A program made the translations under genes and the position numbers. Source: an uncultured delta proteobacterium (GTDB taxonomy: Bacteria; Desulfobacterota; Desulfobacteria; Desulfobacterales; SG8-13). Taken from it: a stretch of DNA of 64,000 nt. The stretch lies in the NCBI GenBank assembly GCA_963848135.1, contig CAWKCK010000018.1, positions 76,938-140,937 on the forward strand, given 5' to 3'. The notes below the pieces were generated by a model. It was not told the DNA's origin and did not search any database. It was given only the letters and a program-made list of their open reading frames with translations. Of the stretch, positions 37,035-47,899 are shown piece by piece (position 1 is the first letter of the stretch; the number at the start of each line of letters is the position of its first letter).

Positions 37035-39122
37035 CTAATGCACGGCATTAAGTTTCAGTGTAATCGGCCGGTCTTCTTCAATCTGCCCGCCGAAACGGAT
37101 CGGGCCCGGCCGCCGGTAATCGTCATCTCCCGGGCGGGCGGCAAGCCACTTCTCTCGCAAATATCTGACCACTTTACAAGCGTTGGAATCCACATCGACG
37201 ATGCTTTTTTCGATCACCAGGGCCAACTTTCCCTGCCTTTCTTCAAGGTGCATGAGCGGTGCGATGGGGATGCCAATCGGTTCCCAGCGGGCGAAATCTT
37301 GATCCAGATTCTTAATGGCGGCCATCTGCCCCGACGCACCGTTGGCGATAAGGCTGAAAACCGTGAGGCCTAAGTTGTATGTGTAGTTACAATCAAAACG
37401 CGTAGGATCACTCCCCCGGCCGTCATAGCCATAAAAATGGGTCTGGGTTTTGAAACTGGGCACCGTTTTTTTGTAAATTGCCGCAACGGCTGCCGGCGGC
37501 GTGCCTTTTTTATGGGCTTTGGCTTTTACCAGCTCCTGTTCGAGTGTTTTGAAAGAGATAATGGCGGATTTTCGTAACAGGTAGGCGCCGTCATCATAGT
37601 TGTCGAACAGAATCGGTCCGTAAAAATCTGGATCAAGGCCGTCGCGTTTCATGGTCTTCTGGTAGTATTCCCGCTTGATGCCCAGGCGGTAAATTCCCTC
37701 CTCCTTCAAGATATCAAGGTAGTCCTTGACCAAGCCCATAATGACCTTGTCGGTCTGAACTTGGGAGAACTGAAAATTCCCGTGGGCGTCTCTTTCGGTC
37801 AACAACCCTTCCCTGAAAAACTCGGGTATATCGTTGAACAGATCGTCGTCGCGGGTGTTCCAAACAGTAAAAGAGCTGTCCTCACGCGAACGTTTGGCCA
37901 GTCGCCGCAGGTGTTCGAGTTTGTCTTCCATCAAGGGAAAGTCATTGTGAAAGCGGGTGTCATGAGTGGCGTTGTATTCGCCGATGATCGTGTTGAGTTT
38001 TATGATGAATACCTGAATTTCATTAATAAATTCCAATAGCCCCTCAGGCAGGACGATGACGCCGAAATTCTTACCCACCTCGGCGCGTCTGACAATGGCA
38101 TCGCATATGACTCGCGAGAGGTGGCGTAACGTCATGCCGTATGCCGTAAAATCGACCGTTTTTTGCTTCCTGGCCTTTTCGATCCGGCTCCGGTCGACAA
38201 AATCGGAGAGTTCCTCTCCGATAATCGTAATGTTGGCATGGGTCTGCAAGGCCACTTCAAGTGCCAGATGGCTGGCCACCCGGCCCATGACTTTGCAGAT
38301 ATGCCAATATTTTACATCTGAACTGGCATCGGTGCACAGATTGCTGATGGCATTCGCAAAGGCGCGGGCCGCGGTGTGAAAGCCAAAAGACATAGCGCAC
38401 AGCACATGGCCGTTGGCATCCCGGACCTGGATGTCTCCATCAATGGTCTTCGGCACCCCGAGGACCTGGACACCGGATTTCTTTAAATCCTGGGCGAGAA
38501 AAGCGGCATTGGTATTGGAGTCGTCTCCGCCAACGATGACCAAGGCGTTCAATTCGAGATTTTTGCATGTTTCCCTGGACAAACTCATTTTCTGGGGGGT
38601 GTCAATTTTGGTGCGCCCGGTTTTAATCATGGTAAAACCGCCCAGATTTCGGTAGGCGTCCACATGCGCTTTGGTGAGTTCAACGGCTTCGTTCTCAATT
38701 ATACCGTCGGGCCCAAGGATGAATCCGAAAATTTTCGTATCTGGATTGGCCCTGTGGGCCGCATCCCACAGCCCTGCAATTACGTTGTGCCCACCTGGGG
38801 CCGGCCCACCTGAAAAAACAATTCCGATATTGCGCCGCTTGAAATAGGACGCGGCTCGCGCGTCATCGGAAGTATCTGATCCGACCACTGTCTGGACTTT
38901 GTTCCCTATAATGTCCGGTAGTTGTTTTTGTGCCTCCCGATCGACTTCAAATGAGTAGCCGGTATCCTCTTCCAGGAATGTAAAGCGGTGTTTGAACACG
39001 TCACACGTTTGAGGTTGGCTACGGCGCCGTTCAATAAGTTCCCGGTTGATCGGACTGGTAATTTCCTCTACTTCCGTAAGGCTCAACAATTCTTCGGCAC
39101 TGAGTGTTTTTCCGTCAACCAT
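37035..39122 (-). CDS. pfp: Pyrophosphate-dependent phosphofructokinase (long clade, with insertions)
   Basis: SGGPAPGGHN, GGDDSN, PKTIDGD, MGR. Confidence 0.85.
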   Translation of the reverse strand: MVDGKTLSAEELLSLTEVEEITSPINRELIERRRSQPQTCDVFKHRFTFLEEDTGYSFEVDREAQKQLPDIIGNKVQTVVGSDTSDDARAASYFKRRNIGIVFSGGPAPGGHNVIAGLWDAAHRANPDTKIFGFILGPDGIIENEAVELTKAHVDAYRNLGGFTMIKTGRTKIDTPQKMSLSRETCKNLELNALVIVGGDDSNTNAAFLAQDLKKSGVQVLGVPKTIDGDIQVRDANGHVLCAMSFGFHTAARAFANAISNLCTDASSDVKYWHICKVMGRVASHLALEVALQTHANITIIGEELSDFVDRSRIEKARKQKTVDFTAYGMTLRHLSRVICDAIVRRAEVGKNFGVIVLPEGLLEFINEIQVFIIKLNTIIGEYNATHDTRFHNDFPLMEDKLEHLRRLAKRSREDSSFTVWNTRDDDLFNDIPEFFREGLLTERDAHGNFQFSQVQTDKVIMGLVKDYLDILKEEGIYRLGIKREYYQKTMKRDGLDPDFYGPILFDNYDDGAYLLRKSAIISFKTLEQELVKAKAHKKGTPPAAVAAIYKKTVPSFKTQTHFYGYDGRGSDPTRFDCNYTYNLGLTVFSLIANGASGQMAAIKNLDQDFARWEPIGIPIAPLMHLEERQGKLALVIEKSIVDVDSNACKVVRYLREKWLAARPGDDDYRRPGPIRFGGQIEEDRPITLKLNAVH

Positions 39123-39614
39123 TTTTCCCCCTGTTTTCACAATTTGCCAATGGGCGTTAGGAACCATCTCTTCATATCCGGGCCGAATCGATGATGTCAA
39201 CATTTACCTCCCGGCCGTCGGCTTAAAGTTGACTTTGTCTAACGCGCTGTTGCTGAAAACTTGACAGCAATTCACGGTCCGGTTTAAGAGTAGAATCCGG
39301 CAAAGAAAGCTTTACTTTGCGTGATCGTTAATATAGAAACAGGCAGAATATTGATGCTTCAATAGCTGAACGGCGTTTATTCCCACCGAGGGTGAATTCG
39401 CAGCCTGACACGATCTGCCGCATCGCTTGATGTTTAAAAAAGATAACAATTGATGACAATCAAACATACTGGTATCAGTTGGGTATCAATGGATGACCGC
39501 AGATAGATCCGAAATCTATTGCACATAATGCGGTCCCCCCAATAACCGGCCTGCGATAATCGCCATTGCGAATTCTCATCGGGCCATCATACACAAACTG
39601 AAGGAGGGTTAAGA

Positions 39615-40442
39615 ATGAAAAAAGGTCTCATTACAGGATTGACAGTTCTACTGGCATGCGGGTTCTTATTCACCACCGCCGCTTTCAGTGACGATATCGA
39701 ACTCGCTAGGCAGTCGACAATCAACGATATCATGAAAAGAGGCGAACTGCGAGTCGGGTTCGAAGCCGGCTACCTGCCATTCGAAATGGCCGACAAACAG
39801 GGAAACTTCATCGGATTCGATATCGATATGGCCAAAGAGATGGCCAAATCCATGGGAGTCAAGTTCGTGCCGGTCAACACGGCTTGGGACGGCATCATCC
39901 CGGCCCTGGTTACCAAGAAGTTCGACATCATCATGAGCGGTATGACCGTGACACAGGAGCGCAACCTCAAAATCAATTTTGCAGACCCCTACATCATCGT
40001 CGGCCAGACGATCCTCCTGAATAAAAAACACGAAGGGAAAGTCAAATCTTACAAAGACCTAAACGACCCGAAATTCACCGTGACCTCCAAGCTAGGAACC
40101 ACCGGCGAGCAGGCGATCAAACGGTTGCTTCCCAAAGCCACTTACAAATCCTTTGAGGTCGAATCGGAAGCGGCCCTGGAAGTGTTGACCGGTAAGGCCG
40201 ATGCCACCATTTACGACCTGCCCTTCTGCGCCACTTTCATGGCCCAGCAGGGTGCCGGTAAACTGATCTTTCTGGATGAACCCTTCACCTTTGAGCCGCT
40301 GGCATGGGCGATCCGCAAGGGTGATCCTGACTTTATGAACTGGCTCAACAACTTCCTGCGACAAGTCAAAAACGACGGCCGCTATGATCAGATTTACAAC
40401 AAATGGATCAAGAGCACCGATTGGATCAAGCAAATCCAATAA
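39615..40442 (+). CDS. Polar amino-acid ABC transporter substrate-binding protein
   Basis: Signal peptide, GFDID, WDGIIPAL..KFDII.SGMT.T.ER. Confidence 0.93.
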   Translation: MKKGLITGLTVLLACGFLFTTAAFSDDIELARQSTINDIMKRGELRVGFEAGYLPFEMADKQGNFIGFDIDMAKEMAKSMGVKFVPVNTAWDGIIPALVTKKFDIIMSGMTVTQERNLKINFADPYIIVGQTILLNKKHEGKVKSYKDLNDPKFTVTSKLGTTGEQAIKRLLPKATYKSFEVESEAALEVLTGKADATIYDLPFCATFMAQQGAGKLIFLDEPFTFEPLAWAIRKGDPDFMNWLNNFLRQVKNDGRYDQIYNKWIKSTDWIKQIQ

Positions 40443-40474
40443 ATGACCGCCGTTCGGGATAAAACATTCCGTGA

Positions 40475-40514
40475 CAACTTCTCAGGCCTCCAGAGGCGAC
40501 GGCCTGAGAAGTTG
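40475..40514. other. Intercistronic hairpin (probable mRNA stabiliser or attenuator)
   Basis: Perfect 14-bp stem CAACTTCTCAGGCC/GGCCTGAGAAGTTG between binding-protein and permease genes. Confidence 0.65.
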
Positions 40515-40581
40515 ATGGCCCGAAATATACCGCCTCCGGTCAACAGGACAATTACAGTAAACACTGAAAGAAGAGAAAGTG

Positions 40582-41592
40582 ATGGGACGCGAATCAAAAG
40601 TCCGGCGCGCAATGTCGAAGCGTGCATACTATTTCTGGGTGGGGGTCTTTTTCCTGGTCATCTTTTCAATCGTCTTTCTGATCTATGCCGCTACCATACG
40701 GATCGATTATGTATGGGCCTGGTATAAAATCCCCTCGGCCTTTGTGTACCACGCCCAGGTGGAAACCGATGCCAACATCCAGGGGACGGTGGAAAGCATC
40801 ACGCCCGAGGGTGACCAGTCCATCATTGCGGTTCGGGGGGCTGGCGAGGAAGAGTCCTACCGCGTGCCGACCAAGGATATCCATGTCGCTGTGGGCGATT
40901 TCATCTATCCTGGAGATACACTGGCCAGTTACGGCAAATGGAAAGCCGGCATTATGTTGCAGGGGTTGTGGATTACCCTCAAAGTCAGCATATTTTCGAT
41001 CATATTCGGCATCATCATCGGTGTCATCGGCGGATTGTCCCGGATTTCGGACAATCCGGCCCTCAAGTGGCTGGCCATCACCTATGTCGAGTTGATCCGG
41101 GGCTCTCCCTTGCTGGTGCAAATCTTTATCTGGTATTTTGTCGTCGGCACCATGGTGAATCAACTCCTGGTTTATTACGGGTTAAATGAAATACCGAACA
41201 TCTGGTACGGCGTGGCATCCCTGGCCTGTTTTACCGGGGCGTATGTTACCGAGATTGTCCGCGGCGGAATCCAGTCCATCGGCCGTGGGCAAATGGAAGC
41301 CGCCCGATCGCTGGGAATGAGCTATGCCCAGGCAATGCGCTACATTATCATGCCCCAAGCCCTGCGTCAGATCCTCCCTCCCCTGGCAGGGCAGTTTATC
41401 AGCCTGATCAAGGATTCATCCCTGCTGGGTATCATCGCTGTGCGTGAATTGACCAAGGCCACCCGGGAAGTCATTACAACCCAGTTGAATCCCTTTGAAA
41501 TGTTCTTCCTCGCTGCGGCGTTGTATCTGGTGTTGACCTTTTCTTTATCCATGTTCGTCCAGTATTTAGAGAGGAGGACCGCAGCATCGTGA
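40582..41592 (+). CDS. Polar amino-acid ABC permease with extra extracytoplasmic domain
   Basis: [40 protein letters not shown]. Confidence 0.92.
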   Translation: MGRESKVRRAMSKRAYYFWVGVFFLVIFSIVFLIYAATIRIDYVWAWYKIPSAFVYHAQVETDANIQGTVESITPEGDQSIIAVRGAGEEESYRVPTKDIHVAVGDFIYPGDTLASYGKWKAGIMLQGLWITLKVSIFSIIFGIIIGVIGGLSRISDNPALKWLAITYVELIRGSPLLVQIFIWYFVVGTMVNQLLVYYGLNEIPNIWYGVASLACFTGAYVTEIVRGGIQSIGRGQMEAARSLGMSYAQAMRYIIMPQALRQILPPLAGQFISLIKDSSLLGIIAVRELTKATREVITTQLNPFEMFFLAAALYLVLTFSLSMFVQYLERRTAAS

Positions 41593-42320
41593 TTGAAGCA
41601 CGCAACGTATACAAAACTTATTATGTCCCCCACAAGGTTGAGGCCCTGGTTGATGTTTCCACCGATATTGCCGCCGGTGAGGTTGTCGTGGTCATCGGTC
41701 CTTCGGGATCCGGTAAGAGTACGTTCCTCAGGTGCTTGAACCATCTTGAAAAGGCAACCAGCGGCCATATCATCATCGACGGGATCGACATCTTCGATTC
41801 CAAAACCAACATCAACACGGTTCGGGCCGAAGTGGGCATGGTCTTCCAATCCTTCAATCTGTTTCCCCACAAAACGGTGGCGGAAAACGTCACCTTGGCG
41901 CAGCAGGTCGTGCGGAAACGCTCGAAGAAAGAAGCCGCCGAGAGGGCTTTGACATTGTTGGAGAAGGTCGGTATCGGGGACAAAGCCAATGTTTACCCAG
42001 CGCAGCTTTCCGGCGGACAACAACAGCGCGTGGCCATTGCCCGGGCTTTGGCAATGGATCCGAAAGTGATGCTGTTTGACGAACCGACCTCCGCCTTGGA
42101 CCCGGAAATGATCGGCGAGGTATTGGATGTCATGAAAACCCTCGCAAAAGAAGGAATGACGATGGTGTGCGTCACCCATGAAATGGGATTCGCACGCGAA
42201 GTGGCCGACCGAGTGATTTTCATGGACGCCGGCCGCATCGTCGAAGTTGGAACACCGGAACATTTCTTCAAGGATCCTACCCACGAGCGGACCAAATCTT
42301 TTCTGAGTCAGATTCTCTGA
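41589..42320 (+). CDS. Polar amino-acid ABC ATP-binding protein (GlnQ-like)
   Basis: [28 protein letters not shown]. Confidence 0.95.
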   Translation: MIEARNVYKTYYVPHKVEALVDVSTDIAAGEVVVVIGPSGSGKSTFLRCLNHLEKATSGHIIIDGIDIFDSKTNINTVRAEVGMVFQSFNLFPHKTVAENVTLAQQVVRKRSKKEAAERALTLLEKVGIGDKANVYPAQLSGGQQQRVAIARALAMDPKVMLFDEPTSALDPEMIGEVLDVMKTLAKEGMTMVCVTHEMGFAREVADRVIFMDAGRIVEVGTPEHFFKDPTHERTKSFLSQIL

Positions 42321-42542
42321 GGTCAAACCGTGGGGGCTTTGGATTATTACCTGATGGAACTACAAAATGGGAGGGTAACCCGCTAAATCGCAAGGAGCAA
42401 GGGAATATGTTGTAGGAGATCCGTTGGAACCTGATCTCAATACTAATTAGGATCTATCTACAAATGAAACCCTTTAACGCAATTTCGGCGTCAAAGAGAA
42501 CGCTGTAAAGCTTTAAAAAGGCCAATTATGGATGGAAAATAG

Positions 42543-43511
42543 CTAAGCCTTCATTTTCCCCACCAGATAACCATCCATTATCAGGAGCACGATGTGATGC
42601 ACCACACAGAAAACCAGCGCCTGCCCGTATTGTGGAAAAAGAGCGACCTGCAAAATAATCGATAAGGGCAGCGTTTTCTGGGCCCCCATAAAAATCAGAC
42701 TCTCCCGTCGGCCCCGGCCGATTTTGAAAATACGGGCAATTCCCCCGGCAGCTGCCAGCAGTGCACCGTGAAAGAGAAATGACAGCAGAATAATTCCACC
42801 GATCAAATTCCCCCCATCGAAGATAGCCTGCCGTGCCTGAGAAATCCCCATCCAGACGATAACCAGTATAAGGCATTGATTGAAAACCTGCAGCATCGGT
42901 GCCAAACGGATGCAAAATCTACCTGCAAAATACTTGATTACCATGCCGCCACATAAAGGTAGCAAAACGATGCTGAAAAGCTTTGCCATTATGTGCCACC
43001 GGTCGATCATTACCGTTGTAGATCCACCCTTGATCGACAGTAGCAGGGACAACGTGACCGGTACGCTAAATACGGCTATGGTGTTGGCCAGAATTGTGAT
43101 AAAAAGCGCGTGGGCCATATTGCCGCCGGCAGCGCCCGTCATAACGACGCCGCTGCTCAGAGTCGTTGGCATCACCGCTACAAGAAAGATACCGATCAAG
43201 ATTCCGGTTTGCAGCGGAATCTGTGCAAAGGCCAATGCCATCAATGGCGAAACGATGAATATGACCCCCAGCGCGGCAATTGTGCCGGTGAGATCCTTCA
43301 AACCCGCTTTGATCAGCTCGATTTCAAGCAAGATCCCGGATGCGATAAAAATCAGAAGCACGACAATATCCGGCCCGTTGCGTTGGTTGAGCCACCGACC
43401 GAATGAAGAGAAGGTATCGGATCTATCGGCGAGGGTTACGGCAAAAACGGTCCCCAGGGCGATCAGGAACCAGTATCGTTTGATCAGGCTTGACATGAGC
43501 ATATTGTTCAC
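42543..43511 (-). CDS. Bile acid:sodium symporter family transporter
   Basis: MPTTLSSGVVMT..AGGN, QKTLP; multiple TM helices; start uncertain. Confidence 0.85.
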   Translation of the reverse strand: MNNMLMSSLIKRYWFLIALGTVFAVTLADRSDTFSSFGRWLNQRNGPDIVVLLIFIASGILLEIELIKAGLKDLTGTIAALGVIFIVSPLMALAFAQIPLQTGILIGIFLVAVMPTTLSSGVVMTGAAGGNMAHALFITILANTIAVFSVPVTLSLLLSIKGGSTTVMIDRWHIMAKLFSIVLLPLCGGMVIKYFAGRFCIRLAPMLQVFNQCLILVIVWMGISQARQAIFDGGNLIGGIILLSFLFHGALLAAAGGIARIFKIGRGRRESLIFMGAQKTLPLSIILQVALFPQYGQALVFCVVHHIVLLIMDGYLVGKMKA

Positions 43512-44233
43512 GTACCACCATCGCCAATTGAATCCGGTGTCGGGATATTCTCTACAAAGAGGACGGAAGCTGCATTATCCGTTTTCAATGAGCCTTGTCA
43601 ATGGACCGTCCGCCACTTCGATAAAATCAAAATTCAATGCCCCCTGGCAAAGCCGGAGGAGAGGTTTGTGGACCGCTCAGAGCGGTCTTTAAAAACCATT
43701 ATTCCGCGCAACCAATCGGTTATTGAATTTAGACAATAATCATCGTCTCCAGTCGCTGTTAACTCCCGGAACTGTCAAACTTTGGGAGCCCCCCCAACCG
43801 ATGATTATTATGGGACTCGCGACCGCATATCATATTTAATGATATTGCCCAAGTATTCATACTGTAAGCAGCCTTGCCCGGATATTTCACGCACCGTATT
43901 CATCCATTTACGCTCTCCTGGAACAATACATGAAATGGGCGGGCAAACAACAGGATCCAACAGGAAAAAAGAACCAATTGTAAATTACTGTATCGAAGCT
44001 CGGCAACCGGGAAAATGGCAGCGCGCTGCCGATCCTTTACTCGTTAACGAATTGACATTAATGACGCTCCGACAGCAACGACAAATACCCACCACATGTT
44101 GTATTTTGAAGTTCAAATTTACACGCTCTGTTGTGCTTTTCCCTTTACATTCAACCGCCTTCCTGGTATTCTTTTTCGGATTTTAGCCGGTTGCTGTATA
44201 GCATAATGCCGGCGATCAGGGAGCCACACGGCA

Positions 44234-47200
44234 ATGAAGCTAAAAAAAATTGAAATCACAGGGTTTAAATCCTTCTGCGACAAATCCAGTATCGTATTCC
44301 CGGAAGGTGTATCGGCTATCGTCGGGCCCAACGGCTGCGGTAAGAGCAATATCGTCGATGCCTTGCGTTGGGTGATGGGCGAACAAAGCGTTAAGCAGTT
44401 GCGCGGCAAATCGATGGAAGACGTCATATTCGCCGGAGCCAACGGGAAACCACCGTTGAACATGGCCGAGGTAACGCTGACGCTTGCCAATGACAATGGT
44501 TCCGCCCCGGAGGAGCTGAAAGAATTCACCGAAATCATGCTCAGCCGGCGGCTTTTCAGATCCGGTGAAAGCGGTTATTATCTTAACAAGCAACCGTGTC
44601 GCTTGAAGGACATTCACAACGTATTTCTCGGCAGCGGTCTGGGAACCAAGTCCTACTCCATCATCCAGCAAGGTAATATCGGTGCCATCATCGACGCCGG
44701 ACCGGAAGAACGTCGCTATTTCATCGAAGAGGCAGCCGGCACGACCCGATACAAAAACCGAAAAAATGAAGCGCTGCGCAAAATCGCGTCAACCAACCAA
44801 AATCTTCTGCGGGTTTCGGATATTATCTCTGAAATCAATCGCCAAATGGGCAGTCTCAAGCGACAAGCCCGCAAGGCCGAGCGCTACAAACGCTTCCGAA
44901 ACCGGGCCGATGCTCTCGATATACGCCTATCTCTTTTGAAATATAACGAGTTTTGCCGCCAGATTGATGAAACAGATCGCCTGCAACGGGAACTCAAAGA
45001 CGCTGACATCGCGCACACGGCTCAAATCAGGAAGCTTGATGCAGCAGTCGAGGAGATCAAGTTGCAAAGGTCACAGAAAAACCAGGAGATCTCAACGCAG
45101 AAGACGCGAAAGTTCGACCTCATGCGTAAGATCGATCGGCTGGAAAACGATATCGAGCACTTGAAGCAGGAAATCGCACGCCTCACCGCTGAAACAACCG
45201 CACTTCAGTCCGCCCGGCTGGACCTGGAAAGCAAAAACAAGAAAATCGGTTCAGAAATTGAACAGGCTGAAAGTGAAATTTCACGTCTGCAGGAAGAAAT
45301 CGCCAGCATCAGAAATCTTCTTCACCGGGGACAGGAGGAGGCGGCCGAAATCAATGCCCGTCAGGAAAACCTGAGTGCCGAGCTAGAGACGAGCAAAACC
45401 GCCCTGATGGACCGTATGGCCGAAGAAGCCAGATACAAAAACATCTTTCAAAATGCTGCCAATAATAAGGAAAATCTTCAGCGGCGGTTGAGAAGAACCG
45501 CTGAAGAGGCTGTTGCTGCTCGCCAGAAAGTTGAGCAATTTCGTAAGACGAAATCGGCGGCCGAGGAGAATTTGGCCCAACTGACGCAACAGGCCGTGGC
45601 GCTGAAAGAAAAGTTAGATCGGGTAAGGAAGCTGAGCGATGAAAAACGCGAAACCCTGGGCCGGCAAGTCAAACAGACGCAATCCCTCGAACTCGAGCGC
45701 AATACTGCCAAGTCGAAGTATACCACTTTGAAAAAAATGGAGGAAAATTTCGAATGGTACCGTGACGGTGTCAAGGCCATCATGAAATCGCCCGAATTCA
45801 ACCGCGACACCAACCTCATGCCGGTCGATGCACAACAAAAAGGGGATATCCGGAACAGGGCGATCATGGGCCTGCTGGCTGATATCATTGAACCAACCCC
45901 GGACTATCAACCCGCTGTAGAGGCGATACTGGGGGAATCTTTGCAGTACATCTTGGTAGATGGTCCTGATACCGGGGCACGGGCAATCGAATACCTACAA
46001 TCCAACGATGCCGGCCGCAGCGGATTTATACCGCTTGATTCGCTGGTTGACAGCGCTAAAGACCAACCATGTCCGAACGGTGCCTTCTCCACCGCCGATA
46101 CATTATTACATCACGTGAGTGTTAAAAAAGGTTACGAGAGGATTGCCGACGCTTTTTTGGGACATGTACTGGTGGTTGAGAATATTCAATTGGCTCGCGA
46201 AATTCATTCCAGCAGCGACCGACCAATGACAATCGTCACAAGAGAGGGCGATATCATCTCGAACCAGGGAATCATGATTGGCGGCAGTAAGGATAAGCTA
46301 CCCGGAATTCTCGCAAAAAAGCAGGAATTAAAGACCCTAATGCAACAGATAGTATCCTGCGCGCAAAAACTCGAAGATGCCCGCGATCAACAGAATCGCT
46401 TAGAAATAAACGTCAGGAACATTGAAACCGAACTGCAACAGATATATGAAAACAAGACATCGGTGGATAGCCATGTTGTCGAAGCCGAAAAAGCGCTTTA
46501 CAGGACTTCGGAAGAACTGAAACATGCTGTCCGTCATCTTGAGATCGTCGACCTGGAACACGACCAATTGTTGGGCGAAGAAAGCGATATAGACGATGAA
46601 ATCGCACGCTATAACGCTGCTCTGGAACAGCTGACCAAGGCAATAGACGCTGCAAAGGAAGAGGTGACCGAACGAACAAGACAGTTGAGCAATGTTTCCG
46701 CTCAACTGGATACCGTCAACCAGAAAGTCATCGACCGTAAACTGACCGTGACGACACTGATCGCCCGTTTGGAAAACAGCAATAGTACACTCAGACGCCT
46801 GAAGGAATTTCAACAGGACGGGACGAGTCGACTTGTCAGCCTTACCGAAGACATTGCCCTCAAAACCCAGAAATCTACCACCGCCCGTCAAAGGGTCAAC
46901 GAAGACGAAAACAGTCTCTCCCTGATGTACGAAGAACTGCAGAGCCTTGAGCAGACGCTGGAGACAAATGAGTCCAGCTACAGTACCATCGACGAACAGC
47001 TCAAAGACAGTGACAGTGCAATTTCGGACCTCGAATCCAAGCGCGATAGAATTTTGGAAAATTCTCGTATACTGGATATCGAACAAACCCAACGCAGGGT
47101 GCACCGGGACAACACTGTAAAAAGGCTTGAAGAGCAATATCGCAAACCGTTCGAAGAATTCCGTCAGGAACTCGATGCCCTCAATGAGCAATCCCAGACG

Positions 47201-47869
47201 GAAAGCCCGGACGGCAATGCAACCGATGCCATTGAGAAAGAATTGCTCGGACTGCGTGAAAAAATCAGTGCCATAGGCGACGTCAACCTGGCGGCGATCA
47301 ATGAATACGAACAACTTAAATCCCGCCACGATTTTCTGTGTGAACAACGAGAGGATCTTACCAAAGCGATTGAAGACCTGCATAAGGTGGTCAAGAAGAT
47401 CAACCGCATAACCCAACAGCGGTTCATTGAGACATTCAATCTTGTTAATGAAAAGTTAACCGAAGTCTTCCCGCGACTTTTTGATGGCGGCAGCGCCAAA
47501 CTGGTTCTGACTGAACCGGAAAAACCTCTCGAAACCGGTGTCGAGTTTATGATTCATCCACCGGGAAAAAAACTGACGCGAATGAGCCTTCTATCCGGTG
47601 GCGAAAAGGCGTTATCAGCGATAGCTTTTATTTTTTCATTGTTTCTCATCCGCCCGGCGGCCTTCTGCCTCATGGATGAAATCGATGCACCCTTGGATGA
47701 AGCCAATGTGTTTCGCTTCAATAACCTGCTGAAACTGATCGGCGAAAAGTCTCAAATCATTATGGTCACTCACAACAAGAACAGCATGGAATTCGCTGAT
47801 ATGCTGTTTGGCATCACTATGGAAACAAAAGGGGTATCTAAAGTGGTGTCGGTTAATTTAGATCGTTGA
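44234..47869 (+). CDS. smc: Chromosome segregation protein SMC
   Basis: GFKSF, GPNGCGKSN, coiled coils and hinge, LSGGE, DEIDAPLD. Confidence 0.97.
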   Translation: MKLKKIEITGFKSFCDKSSIVFPEGVSAIVGPNGCGKSNIVDALRWVMGEQSVKQLRGKSMEDVIFAGANGKPPLNMAEVTLTLANDNGSAPEELKEFTEIMLSRRLFRSGESGYYLNKQPCRLKDIHNVFLGSGLGTKSYSIIQQGNIGAIIDAGPEERRYFIEEAAGTTRYKNRKNEALRKIASTNQNLLRVSDIISEINRQMGSLKRQARKAERYKRFRNRADALDIRLSLLKYNEFCRQIDETDRLQRELKDADIAHTAQIRKLDAAVEEIKLQRSQKNQEISTQKTRKFDLMRKIDRLENDIEHLKQEIARLTAETTALQSARLDLESKNKKIGSEIEQAESEISRLQEEIASIRNLLHRGQEEAAEINARQENLSAELETSKTALMDRMAEEARYKNIFQNAANNKENLQRRLRRTAEEAVAARQKVEQFRKTKSAAEENLAQLTQQAVALKEKLDRVRKLSDEKRETLGRQVKQTQSLELERNTAKSKYTTLKKMEENFEWYRDGVKAIMKSPEFNRDTNLMPVDAQQKGDIRNRAIMGLLADIIEPTPDYQPAVEAILGESLQYILVDGPDTGARAIEYLQSNDAGRSGFIPLDSLVDSAKDQPCPNGAFSTADTLLHHVSVKKGYERIADAFLGHVLVVENIQLAREIHSSSDRPMTIVTREGDIISNQGIMIGGSKDKLPGILAKKQELKTLMQQIVSCAQKLEDARDQQNRLEINVRNIETELQQIYENKTSVDSHVVEAEKALYRTSEELKHAVRHLEIVDLEHDQLLGEESDIDDEIARYNAALEQLTKAIDAAKEEVTERTRQLSNVSAQLDTVNQKVIDRKLTVTTLIARLENSNSTLRRLKEFQQDGTSRLVSLTEDIALKTQKSTTARQRVNEDENSLSLMYEELQSLEQTLETNESSYSTIDEQLKDSDSAISDLESKRDRILENSRILDIEQTQRRVHRDNTVKRLEEQYRKPFEEFRQELDALNEQSQTESPDGNATDAIEKELLGLREKISAIGDVNLAAINEYEQLKSRHDFLCEQREDLTKAIEDLHKVVKKINRITQQRFIETFNLVNEKLTEVFPRLFDGGSAKLVLTEPEKPLETGVEFMIHPPGKKLTRMSLLSGGEKALSAIAFIFSLFLIRPAAFCLMDEIDAPLDEANVFRFNNLLKLIGEKSQIIMVTHNKNSMEFADMLFGITMETKGVSKVVSVNLDR

Positions 47870-47899
47870 ACAGAACAAACGGAAAGTTAATTCAAGCAT

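Noticed and set aside
41367..43692. Long opposite-strand ORFs (319 aa and 270 aa)
   Set aside because: Shadows of the ABC ATPase/permease and symporter genes
43782..44186. 134-aa ORF upstream of smc
   Set aside because: TTG start, no RBS, no motifs; probably promoter region
46400..47416. 338-aa minus-strand ORF
   Set aside because: Antisense shadow of smc
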